From: Octopus sinensis
Taxonomy: Eukaryota
Length of the DNA stretch: 33,009 nucleotides
Assembly (NCBI RefSeq): GCF_006345805.1
Contig: NW_021832069.1
Coordinates: 1 to 33,009 of the forward strand
Direction: 5' to 3'
Shown: positions 1 to 10,064 of the stretch, piece after piece
How the letters are laid out: every line of letters begins with the position of its first letter
Position numbering within the stretch: position 1 is the first letter of the stretch
Position numbers and translations under genes: made by a program
Notes under the pieces: generated by a model
Databases searched by the model: none
Seen by the model: only the letters and a program-made list of their open reading frames with translations
Told to the model about the DNA's origin: nothing

Positions 1-95
1 CAAGTCGATTTCGCCTTTTGGCCTTGATAACATGAAATAACAACAGTCAAGCTCTAGAATCAATGCTATCAATTAACCCCTTCGCCCCAAAATTA
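1..95 (+). mobile_element. 3' fragment of an S2-like SINE, cut by the window edge
   Basis: AAGTCGATTTCGCCTTT resembles S2 body GGTCGACTTTGCCTTT; ...TTAACCCCTTCGCCCCAAAATT resembles the tail seen reversed at 7375-7410. Confidence 0.4.
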
Positions 96-163
96 TTATT
101 CTTGTACCTAAATTACAATTAGCCATTACTTGAATGAATATTATACTCTCTTATATCTACATA

Positions 164-478
164 TGAAAGCGCTTGGCCCAGTGGGTAGGGTGTTGCATTC
201 ACGATAGCTAGATCGTGGGTTCGGTTGTTGGGCCGGGTGGTACGTCGTGTTCTTGAGCAAAACACTTCACTTTACGTTGCTCCAGTCGACTTAGCTGTAA
301 ATGGGTAACACTGCGACGGACTAACCTTCACATCAAGGGGCAATGTTGGCCTGCTCGAATTTTGAGAGAGAGAGATACATAATTCGAAACCTAAAACGAT
401 GAAAAGCGCATTGTGACCAGCGATATATAACCACATCCGATTATCTGGTCGATCACGTGGTTAGATCTACATATGTGG
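164..478 (+). mobile_element. Diverged tRNA-derived SINE, S3 body with tail X
   Basis: A-box-like TGGCCCAGTGG, B-box-like GGTTCGGTT; body GTGTTCTTGAGCAAAACACTT..CGTTGCTCCAGT matches the reverse of 15450-15520; tail matches the reverse of 26443-26565. Confidence 0.65.
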
Positions 479-648
479 CCACGAAATACTAAGTGAATTT
501 CTTTTTTCTAATGAGTTAAATGCAACATTCACTTTTAAAAAGATAGCTTCCCTTTATATAAAGTAGGGTATGAATTGTAAGAACATGGCTGCTATTTCGA
601 GCAGGTCTTAAATACTTTAAATACCTAGCTCTTTTCACATTTTCACAG

Positions 649-749
649 TGAATTGTCAAAGTCGGGTCCTCAACAGGTACAGAGTTCCTCAACTTCTCCA
701 CGTTTTTAGCATCGGTGTGTTAGGCGTTAAGTGTGGCAGACAATATGGC
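649..749 (+). CDS. Candidate isolated internal coding exon, 101 nt, phase 1 to 0, xNCQSRVLNRYRVPQLLHVFSIGVLGVKCGRQYG; product unknown
   Basis: Acceptor CTCTTTTCACATTTTCACAG (AG 647-648), donor GGC|GTAAGT (GT at 750), open frame across it, non-repetitive; no recognised homology. Confidence 0.35.
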
Positions 750-917
750 GTAAGTTATTGCTATAGTTAAAAGTAAAAAATAGTTTAGTAGTCACTGGTT
801 CATGCTACACTTTGGATTTAGTAGGTACGAGGAATTCTCCTTTTTTGTTAAAGAGATATTTGTCTTCGACACAAATTCTTGTCTTTTGTTGGACATTAGA
901 AAATGATGAGTGATTGA

Positions 918-1413
918 GTGGTAAGTAGCTTGCTTACCAACCACATGGTTCCGGGTTCAGTCCCACTGCGTGGCACCTTGGGCAATTGTCTTCTACTATA
1001 GCCTCGGGCCGACCAATGCCTTGTGAGTGGATTTGGTAGACGGAAACTGAAAAAAGCCTGTCGTATGTATGTATGTACGTATCTATGTATGTAAGTATGT
1101 AAGTATGTATGTATATGTATGTATGTATGCATGTATGTATGTATGTATGTATGTATGTATGTATGTATGTATGTATGTATGTATGTATGTATGTATGTGC
1201 GTGTGTATGTTTGTGTGTTTGTCCCCCAATATCGCTTGACAGCCTATGCTGGTGCGTTTACGTCCCCGTAACTTAGCGGTTCGGCCAAAAAGACCGATAG
1301 AGTAAGTACTAGGCTTACAAAGAATAAGTCCTTTTGTCGATTTGCTCGACTAAAAGCGGTGCTCCAGCATGGCCGCAGTCAAATGACTGAAACAGATAAA
1401 AGAATAAAAGAAT
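918..1413 (+). mobile_element. S1 tRNA-derived SINE with internal (GTAT)n at 1063-1198
   Basis: B-box GGTTCAGTCCC, CCTTGGGCAA body, 3' half and TAAAAGAA tail, matching other S1 copies in the window. Confidence 0.9.
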
Positions 1414-1721
1414 GCAAAGCGTGCTGAAACGTTCTTAGCTTTGAGTAAAAGAAAATAGAGGTGGATCTGTTAAATATGATTTTATTTCACATATTCCCCT
1501 TTCAGATTCACACACTTATCGCAGAGGTCCTTCAGTTTTCCTAAGGTCTGTAAAAGAACTCGGAAGGCTGGGCCTCCAGCTAGGCCTTTCGCGACACCCT
1601 TAAAGCCAGGAGCTTTTCAGCAACCCCTACGCAAGTTAGCTACATTTCTCGACCTGATGCAGAAGATAATTTTTAAAGCAAAGTGTTTCCTGGTTCAACT
1701 ACCATCCAAGTAAACCACGTT

Positions 1722-1910
1722 AGGATTTGAACTCAGAACGAAATGAGTCGGAATAAATATCGCGAGGCATCCTGTCTGGCGTTCTAACCTTCCGGCCACT
1801 ACACCGCCTTGGATTGGCACAAAGTGGATCTCAGTTGGATTTGAACCCAGATAGCAGAGACAGTAGGAACAAATACCACGAGGCATTCTTATCAATGCGC
1901 CGACTAATTT
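1722..1910 (-). mobile_element. Two decayed S2-like SINE heads (about 1722-1808 and 1838-1910)
   Basis: GGATTTGAACTCAGAAC..AAATA..GAGGCAT..CTAAC..CCGCC pattern matches S2 heads at 13345-13428 and 32215-32301. Confidence 0.5.
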
Positions 1911-2190
1911 GCCATCCACTGTTTTGTGTCTTAGAAAAAGAGGTGACGGATAGAGTGGCTCTTGAATTCCTGGACGTAAAAATAAAGACGCGGTCAGAAC
2001 GTCTCTAAGAACAAGCTTGTTCGATTAGGTCTGCTCTGGGACTAAAATATAAGCAATAACTATGACAACAGCAACAATAACCTCAACAACACGAAAACTA
2101 TCTAGAGGCGGAATGGCAAAGTGGTTGCACTTTGGCACTTCGTATCTAGCTACATTTTAAAAATGTTTTGCTGTATTTGTCCTAACGCTC

Positions 2191-2291
2191 TACGCAAAGT
2201 TTTCAAAAAGATTTCATCGCTTTCGATACAATCAAAGAGATCTTGGGCAACTGAAACCCGAGTGTCTTTTTGGTCAACGAAGTCAAGTTTG
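2191..2291 (-). mobile_element. Mariner transposase fragment
   Basis: Minus strand reads DQKDTRVSVAQDLFDCIESDEIFLKTL; highly similar to 6413-6510. Confidence 0.75.
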
Positions 2292-2309
2292 CTTTTCTTT
2301 TTCCTTCAG

Positions 2310-2606
2310 CATCATCATCATCATCATCGTCATCACCAACCTCTGGATATTGCGATCTCGAGTTCTCGGACTCACAGAACCATTTACCAGGTTTCCATAG
2401 TGTATAAGCGACCGAGATCACAACATCCTCTCTGGGTGAGACGCTAGTCCGTCGTAGGGTTAACACATCTACAGCTGAACGGGCTGGAGCCACGTGAAAT
2501 GAAACATTTTGTTCAAGGACTCAATGCATCACCAGGTCCGAGAATCGAAACCACGGTCTTGAGATCGTCATTGAAACACGCTAACCACTAGGCCACGCTC
2601 CTTTAC
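2310..2606 (-). mobile_element. S3-type tRNA-derived SINE with (CAT)n tail
   Basis: CAGCTGAACGGGCTGGAGCCACGTGAAATGAAA..GAATCGAAACC..CTAACCACTAGGCCACG matches 15460-15596. Confidence 0.7.
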
Positions 2607-2918
2607 TTTTTTATCCTTTGGAATTGATAAAATAAAGTACCATTCTAAGGTTGTGTATTGGCAGAATTGTGAGGGAAATGGAGGAGGCTCCTTGGAGAAT
2701 TTGCTTCTGCTCTTTGACATAATCTTGTGACCGGTTTAACTCTATCAACTGATCCTTGAATACCTTTAGAAGAATTCATTCTTTGGAATTCGGATGATGT
2801 CTCCAGTTTAAGGAGAACTTCGTCCCTTTCTTCCTACCAATCTTGGAAACACTAAAAATTATAGAGTTAAGGGTGCTTCCCCGACCTTTTCTGGTTACGT
2901 CAATACTTCTACAAAAAC

Positions 2919-2961
<43 letters not shown>

Positions 2962-3001
2962 CTTACCTATCTATCTGTCTGTCTGTCTATCCATCTATCT
3001 A
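2919..3001. repeat. (CTAT)n microsatellite
   Basis: Direct inspection. Confidence 0.95.
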
Positions 3002-3046
3002 TTTACGTTTTGACACACAAATAAATTTTTAAAATTACACGATATA

Positions 3047-3209
3047 GGCGCAGGAGTGGCTATGTGGTAAGTAGCTTGCTTGCCAACCACATGGTTCCGG
3101 TTCAGTCCCACTGCGCGGCACCTTGGGCAAGCGTCTTCTACTCTAGCCTCGGGCCGACCAAGGCCTTGTGAGTAGATTGGTAGACAGAAACTGAAAGAAG
3201 CCTGTCGTG

Positions 3210-3210
<1 letters not shown>
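3047..3210 (+). mobile_element. S1 SINE, 5' half only, running into (TA)n
   Basis: GGCGCAGGAGTGGCTATGTGGTAAG head with A/B boxes, through GAAGCCTGTCG. Confidence 0.9.
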
Positions 3211-3244
<34 letters not shown>

Positions 3245-3528
3245 ATATATATATAATATATATATAATGAGGGAGATAAATTTAATATTAATTTAATTAA
3301 TATCAATTTAAAACCAGTAGCCTAGCATACAAAAATCTGAAAAATCAGAGAAAATTCTAATACATGTGTATATTCAAAGGGCAAGACCACTAGGTAGTCG
3401 GCCGTATACTAGAAATAGATCATCAACGATCAAACTACAAAGAAAAGAATGCTCTCTAGAGGAAAATTCAGCGGACACCAGAACAATTAGGCGGGCAAGA
3501 CAGATGAAAATTATATAAAAAATCAGAA

Positions 3529-3613
3529 TATATATATATATGTGTATGTATGTATGTATGTATGTTGTATGTATGTATGTATGTATGTATGTATGTATGT
3601 ATGTATGTATGTA

Positions 3614-3650
<37 letters not shown>
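3529..3650. repeat. Compound (TA)n-(GTAT)n-(GT)n microsatellite
   Basis: Direct inspection. Confidence 0.95.
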
Positions 3651-3652
<2 letters not shown>

Positions 3653-4068
3653 ATAAAAATAAGAAATTAGAGAAAAGAATGTGATTCAGATCTAGTGGAT
3701 CGAATCCAATCTGAATAGGATAAGAGAAGTACAACACCATTTCCTCTACAAAATACTCTTTAAAAATATGAGCGAGCCTCCACGTTGTGTAGTCAAAGAT
3801 GTAGGCCACATTAAATTCGGTAGCCCTAGAGCATTGTGCTTTAAAAACACGCGATGGCTACGGTTGGAATGTCTTTGATCATAGATCTGTTTCAATCAGA
3901 GCTGACCTGGGGCTAAACAATAACAACACAAGCATTAATAGGTGAATAAATGAATGAATAGACTTCATTGAGACAAATATTTATATTTTCTATAATACAG
4001 ATGACGACTGTCGCCAATCTGGTATGTGTTCTGAAACAATACTCCACATCGTATCAGAACGTACAATG

Positions 4069-4133
4069 CGTATGTTATGTACGTATGTATGCATGTATGT
4101 ATGTATGTATGTGTGTATATGTATGTATGTGTG

Positions 4134-4165
<32 letters not shown>

Positions 4166-4586
4166 TGTATGTATGTATGTGTGTATGTATGTATGTATGT
4201 ATGTGTGTGTATGTATGTGTATGTATGTATGTATGTATGCATGTATGTATGTATGTATGTATGTATGTATGTATGTGTATGTATGTATGTATGTGTGTAT
4301 GCAAGTATGTATGTGTGTATGTATGTGTGTATGTATGTATGTATGTGTGTGTGTATGTATGTATGTATGTGTGTATGTATGCATGTGTATGTATGTATGT
4401 GTGTGTGTATGTATGTATGTATGTAAGTATGTATGTGTGTGTATGTATGTATGTATGCATGCGTGTGTATGCATGCATGCATGTATGAATGTATGTATGT
4501 ATGCATGTGTGTGTATGTATGTATATATGTATGTGTATATGTGTGCGTATGTATGTATGTGTGTGTGTATGTATGTATGTATGTAT
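4069..4586. repeat. About 520-bp compound (GTAT/GTGT/GCAT)n microsatellite
   Basis: Direct inspection; source of the MYVC/HTYI pseudo-ORFs. Confidence 0.95.
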
Positions 4587-4978
4587 TTGGCCCCAGTCAA
4601 AGTTTACAAGGAGACAAAAACAACGCAGAATGACTTCTTTGTATATACCTGGTCACCTAGTTTCAATTTCTTATAGAAAAACTTTTCTCTATTACACATA
4701 TGAATTACTGCCTGTCTTAAGAAAATGACAATGCGAAGATACTATGAGAATTCAGCATAGAGACAGACCTCCAGAAAGTACACAATAAGCTTTGACATCG
4801 TGTTTGTTTAAGGAAACGACAATAGATTATTACTAATACATTGTTAATAATTGACATAGCAATACCAAATAACTATAGAAGTTTTCCGGGAGCAAGCTGA
4901 AAAGCTATAAAGATTTACACTACTAACTCAACTATTGAATTAGTGACATTAAAGCAATCATTCCCTTTATAACAGAGA

Positions 4979-5143
4979 GGCGGCAAGATGGCGCAATCGT
5001 TGGAGCGTCGGTAAAAAAAAAAGGGAAAGAAAAGAGGATGTTTTGCGGCATTGGTTCCGTCAGTTTGCGTTACGTTCTGAGTTCCAATCTTACCGAGGTC
5101 AACTTTGTTATTCTTCTCTGAGCAGTCGATAAAATAAAATACC
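4979..5143 (+). mobile_element. Diverged S2 SINE
   Basis: GGCGGCAAGATGGCGCAATCGTT head, ACGTTCTGAGTTCCAATC..CCGAGGTCAACTTTG..GTCGATAAAATAAAATACC body. Confidence 0.6.
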
Positions 5144-5308
5144 ATTCGATTTAATTGACTGATACATTAATTTCACTACTTTCCAAATTGCTCGTCGTGT
5201 GCTTAAAATTATACACCAAAGAAGAAATATATATATATATATTGATAGGGAGCTTTGCTTACAGGAGATGTGTGATGTGTTGAAAGTTGCGTAACCTATT
5301 ACGCAATC

Positions 5309-5900
5309 GGAAAGACTTCCGCCCTCCCCCCTAATTTCTCCCAAATTTGTTTATTTTTGTAATTTTTTGCCAAAAATCCCCGTTTTCGGAAGCGGAGGTT
5401 CCGGAAAATTGCCAAAAATCGGCATTGTGAAATTTTTCTCCCCCTCTCCCACAAACTTCTTCAATTTTAACTTTTTTCCCCAACACCCTAACCCTAACCC
5501 TAAAACCCCTTTTTTTCCCTAAAACTCTAACCCTAACCCTAAAACCCTAACCTTAACCCTAAAACCGTAACAGTAAGTACAGAAATATTTTAAAAAATTT
5601 TGTCCAAATCATGATGTCCGTATTTTCCGCATATTTAAAAAGAAAATTCTTAAAAAAAGTTTACAAATAGTTTTGGAAATTTCTTTCAGAATCATAATCT
5701 CCATATTTTTCCGCGTATATTGAAAGAAAATTCTGAAAAAAGTTTTAAAATGAAGTGAATGGGGATGGGGGTGGAAATTTAGAAATGTCAATTTTTGCCA
5801 ATTTTTTTGCAGATTCGTATTCCCCCTAACCGAAAAGGAGGGAGTTGTGTCGAAAAAATTCTTTTTAAAGGTGGTTTGGGGCTGGACGGGCAGTCTTGCC
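5309..5900. mobile_element. MITE family B (592 bp), GG..CC ends, 8-bp TSD, internal telomere-like tract; Merlin-like by inference
   Basis: Perfect direct repeat ACGCAATC at 5301-5308 and 5901-5908; imperfect TIR GGAAAGACTTCC / GGCAGTCTTGCC (10/12); CCCTAA/CCCTAAAA units at 5486-5570. Confidence 0.75.
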
Positions 5901-6022
5901 ACGCAATCTTATGTATGTTATTCATACTGCATACCTTATTGTTCTATGCATATGTCACAATAGATTCTTAACGAAACAATTGTAGCAAAACCAAATAACC
6001 CATACGTGTCTTTCTCTATATA

Positions 6023-6153
6023 CAGGGTGTCCCAAAAAAATGTATACACACCTTAAATAATTGTAAATTTTTTATTCTTTGTAAGCCTAGTACTTATTCT
6101 ATCGTTCTCTTTTGCCGAACCACTATGTGTATACATTTTTTTGGGACACCCTG
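6023..6153. mobile_element. Tc1/mariner-type MITE (131 bp) containing an S1 SINE fragment
   Basis: Perfect 28-bp TIR CAGGGTGTCCCAAAAAAATGTATACACA with TA flanks; 6072-6121 matches the reverse S1 3' half. Confidence 0.9.
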
Positions 6154-6160
6154 TATATAT

Positions 6161-6595
6161 AACGAGGGGTGATCAGTAAGTATCCGGAATGTTGCCATAG
6201 TAACGAAGATAAAGTACGCAGAGTAAAGTCGCTTGTACTTTGCTGTGCTTGCAAACTAAGTTTTAACGTTGTAGCTCACTTCCACCGTTTACAGCAGTGC
6301 TTGGAAGGAAGGTGTGTAGCGTGTGATCGTCGCATTGACCATGACAGAAAAATTTGAGCATAGAATCTGCATCAAATTTTGCCAAAAGCTTGGAGATACT
6401 TGCTCAGAGGCGTACGCAAAGTTTTCAAAAAGATTTCATCGTTCTCGACACAATCAAGGAGATCTTGGGCAACTGAAACCCGAGTGTCTTTTTGGTCAGC
6501 TGAAAACAGTTTTGGCACAAACTTGGCAAACACACGTCTCATACCCAAATCTTCAGTGATAATAGACTGAACTGAACCGTAACTTATTGCACATT
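6161..6595 (+). mobile_element. Rearranged mariner: left end and N-terminus on +, then an inverted internal transposase segment
   Basis: ACGAGGGG left end; 6341-6421 MTEKFEHRICIKFCQKLGDTCSEAYAK; minus strand 6417-6590 ISYGSVQSIITEDLGMRRVFAKFVPKLFSADQKDTRVSVAQDLLDCVENDEIFLKT (FVPKL corresponds to the WVPHEL-type motif). Confidence 0.85.
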
Positions 6596-6628
6596 CTCTG
6601 ATAATATATATATATATATATATATATA

Positions 6629-6800
6629 GGGAGAGTTTACGAAAAAAACAAAAGACGAAGACAGGTGCTGTACAAAATAAACAGATGTATTAGTATAACG
6701 CTCAGGAATAGAAAAAAATCTTTTACGTTTCGAGCCTACGCACTTCTACAGAAAGGGACACAGAAAAACAAGGAGAGAAAAAATGTGTGTATCATGGCGA
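6629..6800 (-). mobile_element. Short (TA)n-flanked element, Penelope-terminal-repeat-like; second copy at 27061-27230
   Basis: Shares TTTACGAA..CAAAAGACGAAGACA..GTATTAGT..ACGTTTCGAGC.TACGC.CTTC.ACAGAAAGG with 27061-27230 and carries a hammerhead-like motif. Confidence 0.55.
6720..6755 (-). ncRNA. Variant minimal type I hammerhead-like motif (core CUGUAGA+A)
   Basis: Minus strand CTTT-CTGTAGA-A-GTGC-GTAG-GCTC-GAAAC-GTA-AAAG; one mismatch in stem II. Confidence 0.4.
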
Positions 6801-7204
6801 CTATATATATATATATACATATATATATATGCGGAAAAAAATACTAAACCATAGTCTAGTTACGAAAAGATTTGAATAATTTAAGAAATATCATTTTCTT
6901 GAACCACTTTCTGGAGAAAGTTAAATTTTTTTTTCTTTTTCTCATTTTTATTAGTATTTTTACCGTTTTATTTTTAATGAAATAAACATTTCCTGCAGCA
7001 GAAAAAATATATATACATAACCAAAATCCACTAAACGATTCTATGGTAGAATTGGATCAGGTTTCAAATATGCGGTGTACTTTTCTCCATGACAGCTGGA
7101 AGTAACTTTCAAGGAACGAAAATGTAAACCTTTAATTCCACTGTAAATAATTAAGTCGATGGTAAACATGAAAAATCCGAATTTAGTTTTAATCCTAACG
7201 TGAA

Positions 7205-7206
<2 letters not shown>

Positions 7207-7253
<47 letters not shown>

Positions 7254-7286
7254 GGTGGTGGTGGTGGTGGTGGTGGTGTGGTGGTG

Positions 7287-7343
<57 letters not shown>
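7207..7343. repeat. (AGT)n-(GGT)n-(AGT)n trinucleotide array
   Basis: Direct inspection. Confidence 0.95.
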
Positions 7344-7348
7344 ATCCA

Positions 7349-7493
7349 TTCTATTATTGGCGCAAAGACCCGAAATTTGGGGGGGAGGGGCATAGTTGGT
7401 TATATCGATCCCAGTACTAGTACTCAACTGGTACTTATTTTATCGACTCCGATAGGATGAAAGGCGAAGTAGACCTCGGGAGAATTAGAAATA
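7349..7493 (-). mobile_element. S2-related SINE fragment
   Basis: ATCGATCCCAGT..AACTGGTACTTATTTTATCGACTCCGATAGGATGAAAGGCGAAGTAGACCTCGG matches 13270-13345. Confidence 0.75.
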
Positions 7494-7511
7494 ACAATAA
7501 TAATAATAATA

Positions 7512-7555
<44 letters not shown>

Positions 7556-7584
7556 GTAAAAATAATAATAATAATAATAATAAC
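7494..7584. repeat. (AAT)n array
   Basis: Direct inspection. Confidence 0.95.
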
Positions 7585-7587
7585 AAT

Positions 7588-7680
7588 TCTTTCTACTGTA
7601 GGTACAAGGCTTATAATTTGGGAGATTGGAGATAGCCGATTGCATGGACCCCAGTACTCGACTGGTACTTAATTTATCGA
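7588..7680 (-). mobile_element. S2-related SINE 3' fragment
   Basis: GACCCCAGTACTCGACTGGTACTTAATTTATCGAC matches the S2 body. Confidence 0.65.
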
Positions 7681-7713
7681 CACACACGCACACAAAATGT
7701 ATGTATAATTATA

Positions 7714-7932
7714 GAGGGTAATTGAAAAGTAACTCCCTATTTTAAAAGACTTATAAATTATTTATTAATTGTAATTTGTACGATACAAATGACTATGAGA
7801 GGGAAGCTTTTGGTATGTGGTCTTATTTAAAATTAAAAAACTAACACAAAAACAAAAATATTAAGAAAAAATTACAATCAATAAATGATTTATAAGTATT
7901 TTGAAATAGGGAGTTACTTTGCAATCACCCTG
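7714..7932. mobile_element. Tc1/mariner-type MITE (219 bp)
   Basis: About 64-bp imperfect TIRs (7714-7777 / 7869-7932) ending ..CAATCACCCTG; TA at 7712-13 and 7933-34. Confidence 0.85.
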
Positions 7933-7994
7933 TATACTTACATACATACATACATGCATATATGCATGCATGCATACATACATACATACATACA

Positions 7995-8160
7995 TTATGG
8001 CTGCCCCCTCGTTATCGAGTATGGCCATTGCACGAAGCTTAACTGATACTGGTGCTGTGATCGAATGTGACTTTTTAGCGCAGCTAAAGATCTACAATGT
8101 CTTGTACAGAATTGGCAACTAAGACCTTTACTGGTAAAAGCCGGCTGTAGTTGTAACTGT
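7995..8160 (-). mobile_element. 3' end of an RTE-like LINE with a C-terminal C2H2-type finger
   Basis: 8052-8117 encodes CQFCTRHCRSLAALKSHIRSQH (C-x2-C-x12-H-x4-H), followed by a CTCG-ATAA-CGAG hairpin and GGCAGCCAT, like RTE 3' ends; embedded in (CATA)n. Confidence 0.6.
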
Positions 8161-8563
8161 ACATACATGTAGTTGTACATACATGCATACATACATGCAT
8201 ACATGCATGCATACATACATACATACATATATGCATGCATGCATACATACATGCATACATACATACATACATACATAATACATGCATACATGCATACATG
8301 CAGGCATACATACATACATGCATACATACATATATGCATGCATACATGCATACATACATGCATACATACATACATATATGCATGCATACATGCATACATA
8401 CATGCATACATACATACATACATACATACATGCATACATGCATACATGCATGCATACATGCATACATACATGCATACATACATACATATATACATTCATA
8501 CATACATACATACATACATACATACATACATACATACATACATACATGCATAGATACATACAT
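8160..8563. repeat. About 400-bp (CATA/CATG)n microsatellite
   Basis: Direct inspection. Confidence 0.95.
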
Positions 8564-9050
8564 ATCAGTGAAAAAGAGAATACGCTGAACAATTGAGAAC
8601 TATTGAGAAATCTGTAATTACTCTATACAGATTACAAGTTCAGGTTTATACCTGTAATTTTTGGAGCCTTGGGATGTGTACCAATCTTGAGAAATTAGGC
8701 TTCTCAAAACCAGGAAGGAGAAAGCTAATTCGAAGACTACAGATCCAATCCATCACTGGAACTATAAAGATTTGTAAAACTTTCCAGAAGTTTATCATTT
8801 GAATATATATGAGCATGTCTTGATTTGCAAGTATGCGCATGAGAATACGTACATAAAACAAAACATACAAATCTGCACATATACATACATACAGACAGAC
8901 AGACAGACAGACAGACTGACAGACTGACAGACAAACAAAAATACCCTGTTGTTAATGTTGAAATTCCAAAGAAGGAGCCTTGGATCTAGGTTAGAAACCG
9001 GTTCTTTCTCTATTGACAAGAAATCTTGAAATAAAACTGAACAATCTACA
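8564..9050 (+). mobile_element. 5'-truncated R4/Dong-like (restriction-like endonuclease) LINE: C-terminus plus 3' UTR
   Basis: Frameshifted translation ISEKENT / LLYTDYKFRFIPVIFGALG / TNLEKLGFSKPGRRKLIRRLQIQSITGTIKICKTFQKFII* (stop 8800-8802); the IPVxxGALG motif resembles the R4/Dong C-terminus. Confidence 0.6.
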
Positions 9051-9079
9051 TACATACATACATACATACATACATACAT

Positions 9080-9132
<53 letters not shown>

Positions 9133-9261
9133 TAGACTGACAGACAAACAAAAATACCCTGTTGTTTATGTTGAAATTCCAAGAAGGAGCCTTGGATCTA
9201 GGTTAGAAACCGGTTCTTTCTCTATTGACAAGAAATCTTGGAATAAAACTGAATAATTACA
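9051..9261 (+). repeat. Tandem duplicate of the LINE 3' tail: (CATA)n(CAGA)n plus about 118 bp
   Basis: 9145-9261 is nearly identical to 8932-9050 (offset 213). Confidence 0.9.
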
Positions 9262-9291
9262 TACATAGACACAATATGTAGGCTAGCTGAT

Positions 9292-9326
9292 GCGCTGATG
9301 ATGTCTTTTGAGACAGAAACGTATGT
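9292..9326 (+). ncRNA. Minimal type I hammerhead ribozyme motif with canonical core
   Basis: GCG-CTGATGA-TGTCT-TTTG-AGACA-GAAAC-GTA-TGT: CUGAUGA 9295-9301, 5-bp stem II, GAAA, loopless palindromic stem III ACGU, GUA site (cut after 9323); stem I only 3 bp with 2 G.U. Confidence 0.7.
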
Positions 9327-9441
9327 CCATTGCTCTCCTGCTGTTCCAGACAACCAGTCTTTTCCTTTATGACATTTTAGAAAATCCATGCTTTTTGAAA
9401 ATATCTCCCCTTCTCATTTGGAGTTTGAGCCAACAGCCACC

Positions 9442-10064
9442 AAACGCCAAGAGCGTCGCCTAAATATCTTTCACCTGCGCTGCCTCCAGAAAATCCTTGG
9501 CATCAAATGGCAGAATCATGTTCCCAACAAAGATGTCCTCAAGCAAGCAGGAATACCAAGCAAGTTTGCACTCTTCACACAAAGACGTATGAGATGGCTT
9601 GGACATGTTAGCCGTATGAAAGATGGCAGAATCCCCAAGAACATACTCTACGGAGAGCTTGCTAGGGGCACTAGGTCCGTGGGAAGACCGATCTTACGAT
9701 ACAAGGATGCTTGCAAAAGGACATGAAGGCCTGCAACATCAATATTAGAAACTAGGAAGCAGTTGCCAGTAACCGTGGAGACTGGCGACGTACCGTAAAA
9801 GAGGGAACACAAAGGAGTGACAGTGACAGAGAGAGAGAGGAGAAATGGAAAGACAAAAAAGACGTCCAACAAGAAAACTATGACACACAACCAGCCAGGC
9901 AAAAGTCTTCGCTACATTTGCGGCACCTGCCAGAGGGTTTTTTTGTCCAGGATAGGACTACACAGCCACGGCAGGAGATGTATTAGGACATGAATGTAAA
10001 GCCAGACTAGATTATCTTGTGCGCACTCCATTGTCTCCCGAGGCAAAAAGAACGCCAACAACAA

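Noticed and set aside
73-90. TTAA-CCCCTTCG resembling a piggyBac end
   Set aside because: Better explained as the S2 SINE tail; no partner end seen
3965-4728. Overlapping 140-210 aa ORFs (HTYI/MYVC repeats); likewise 8084-8596, 16210-17100, 18690-19433
   Set aside because: Translations of stop-free microsatellites in all frames
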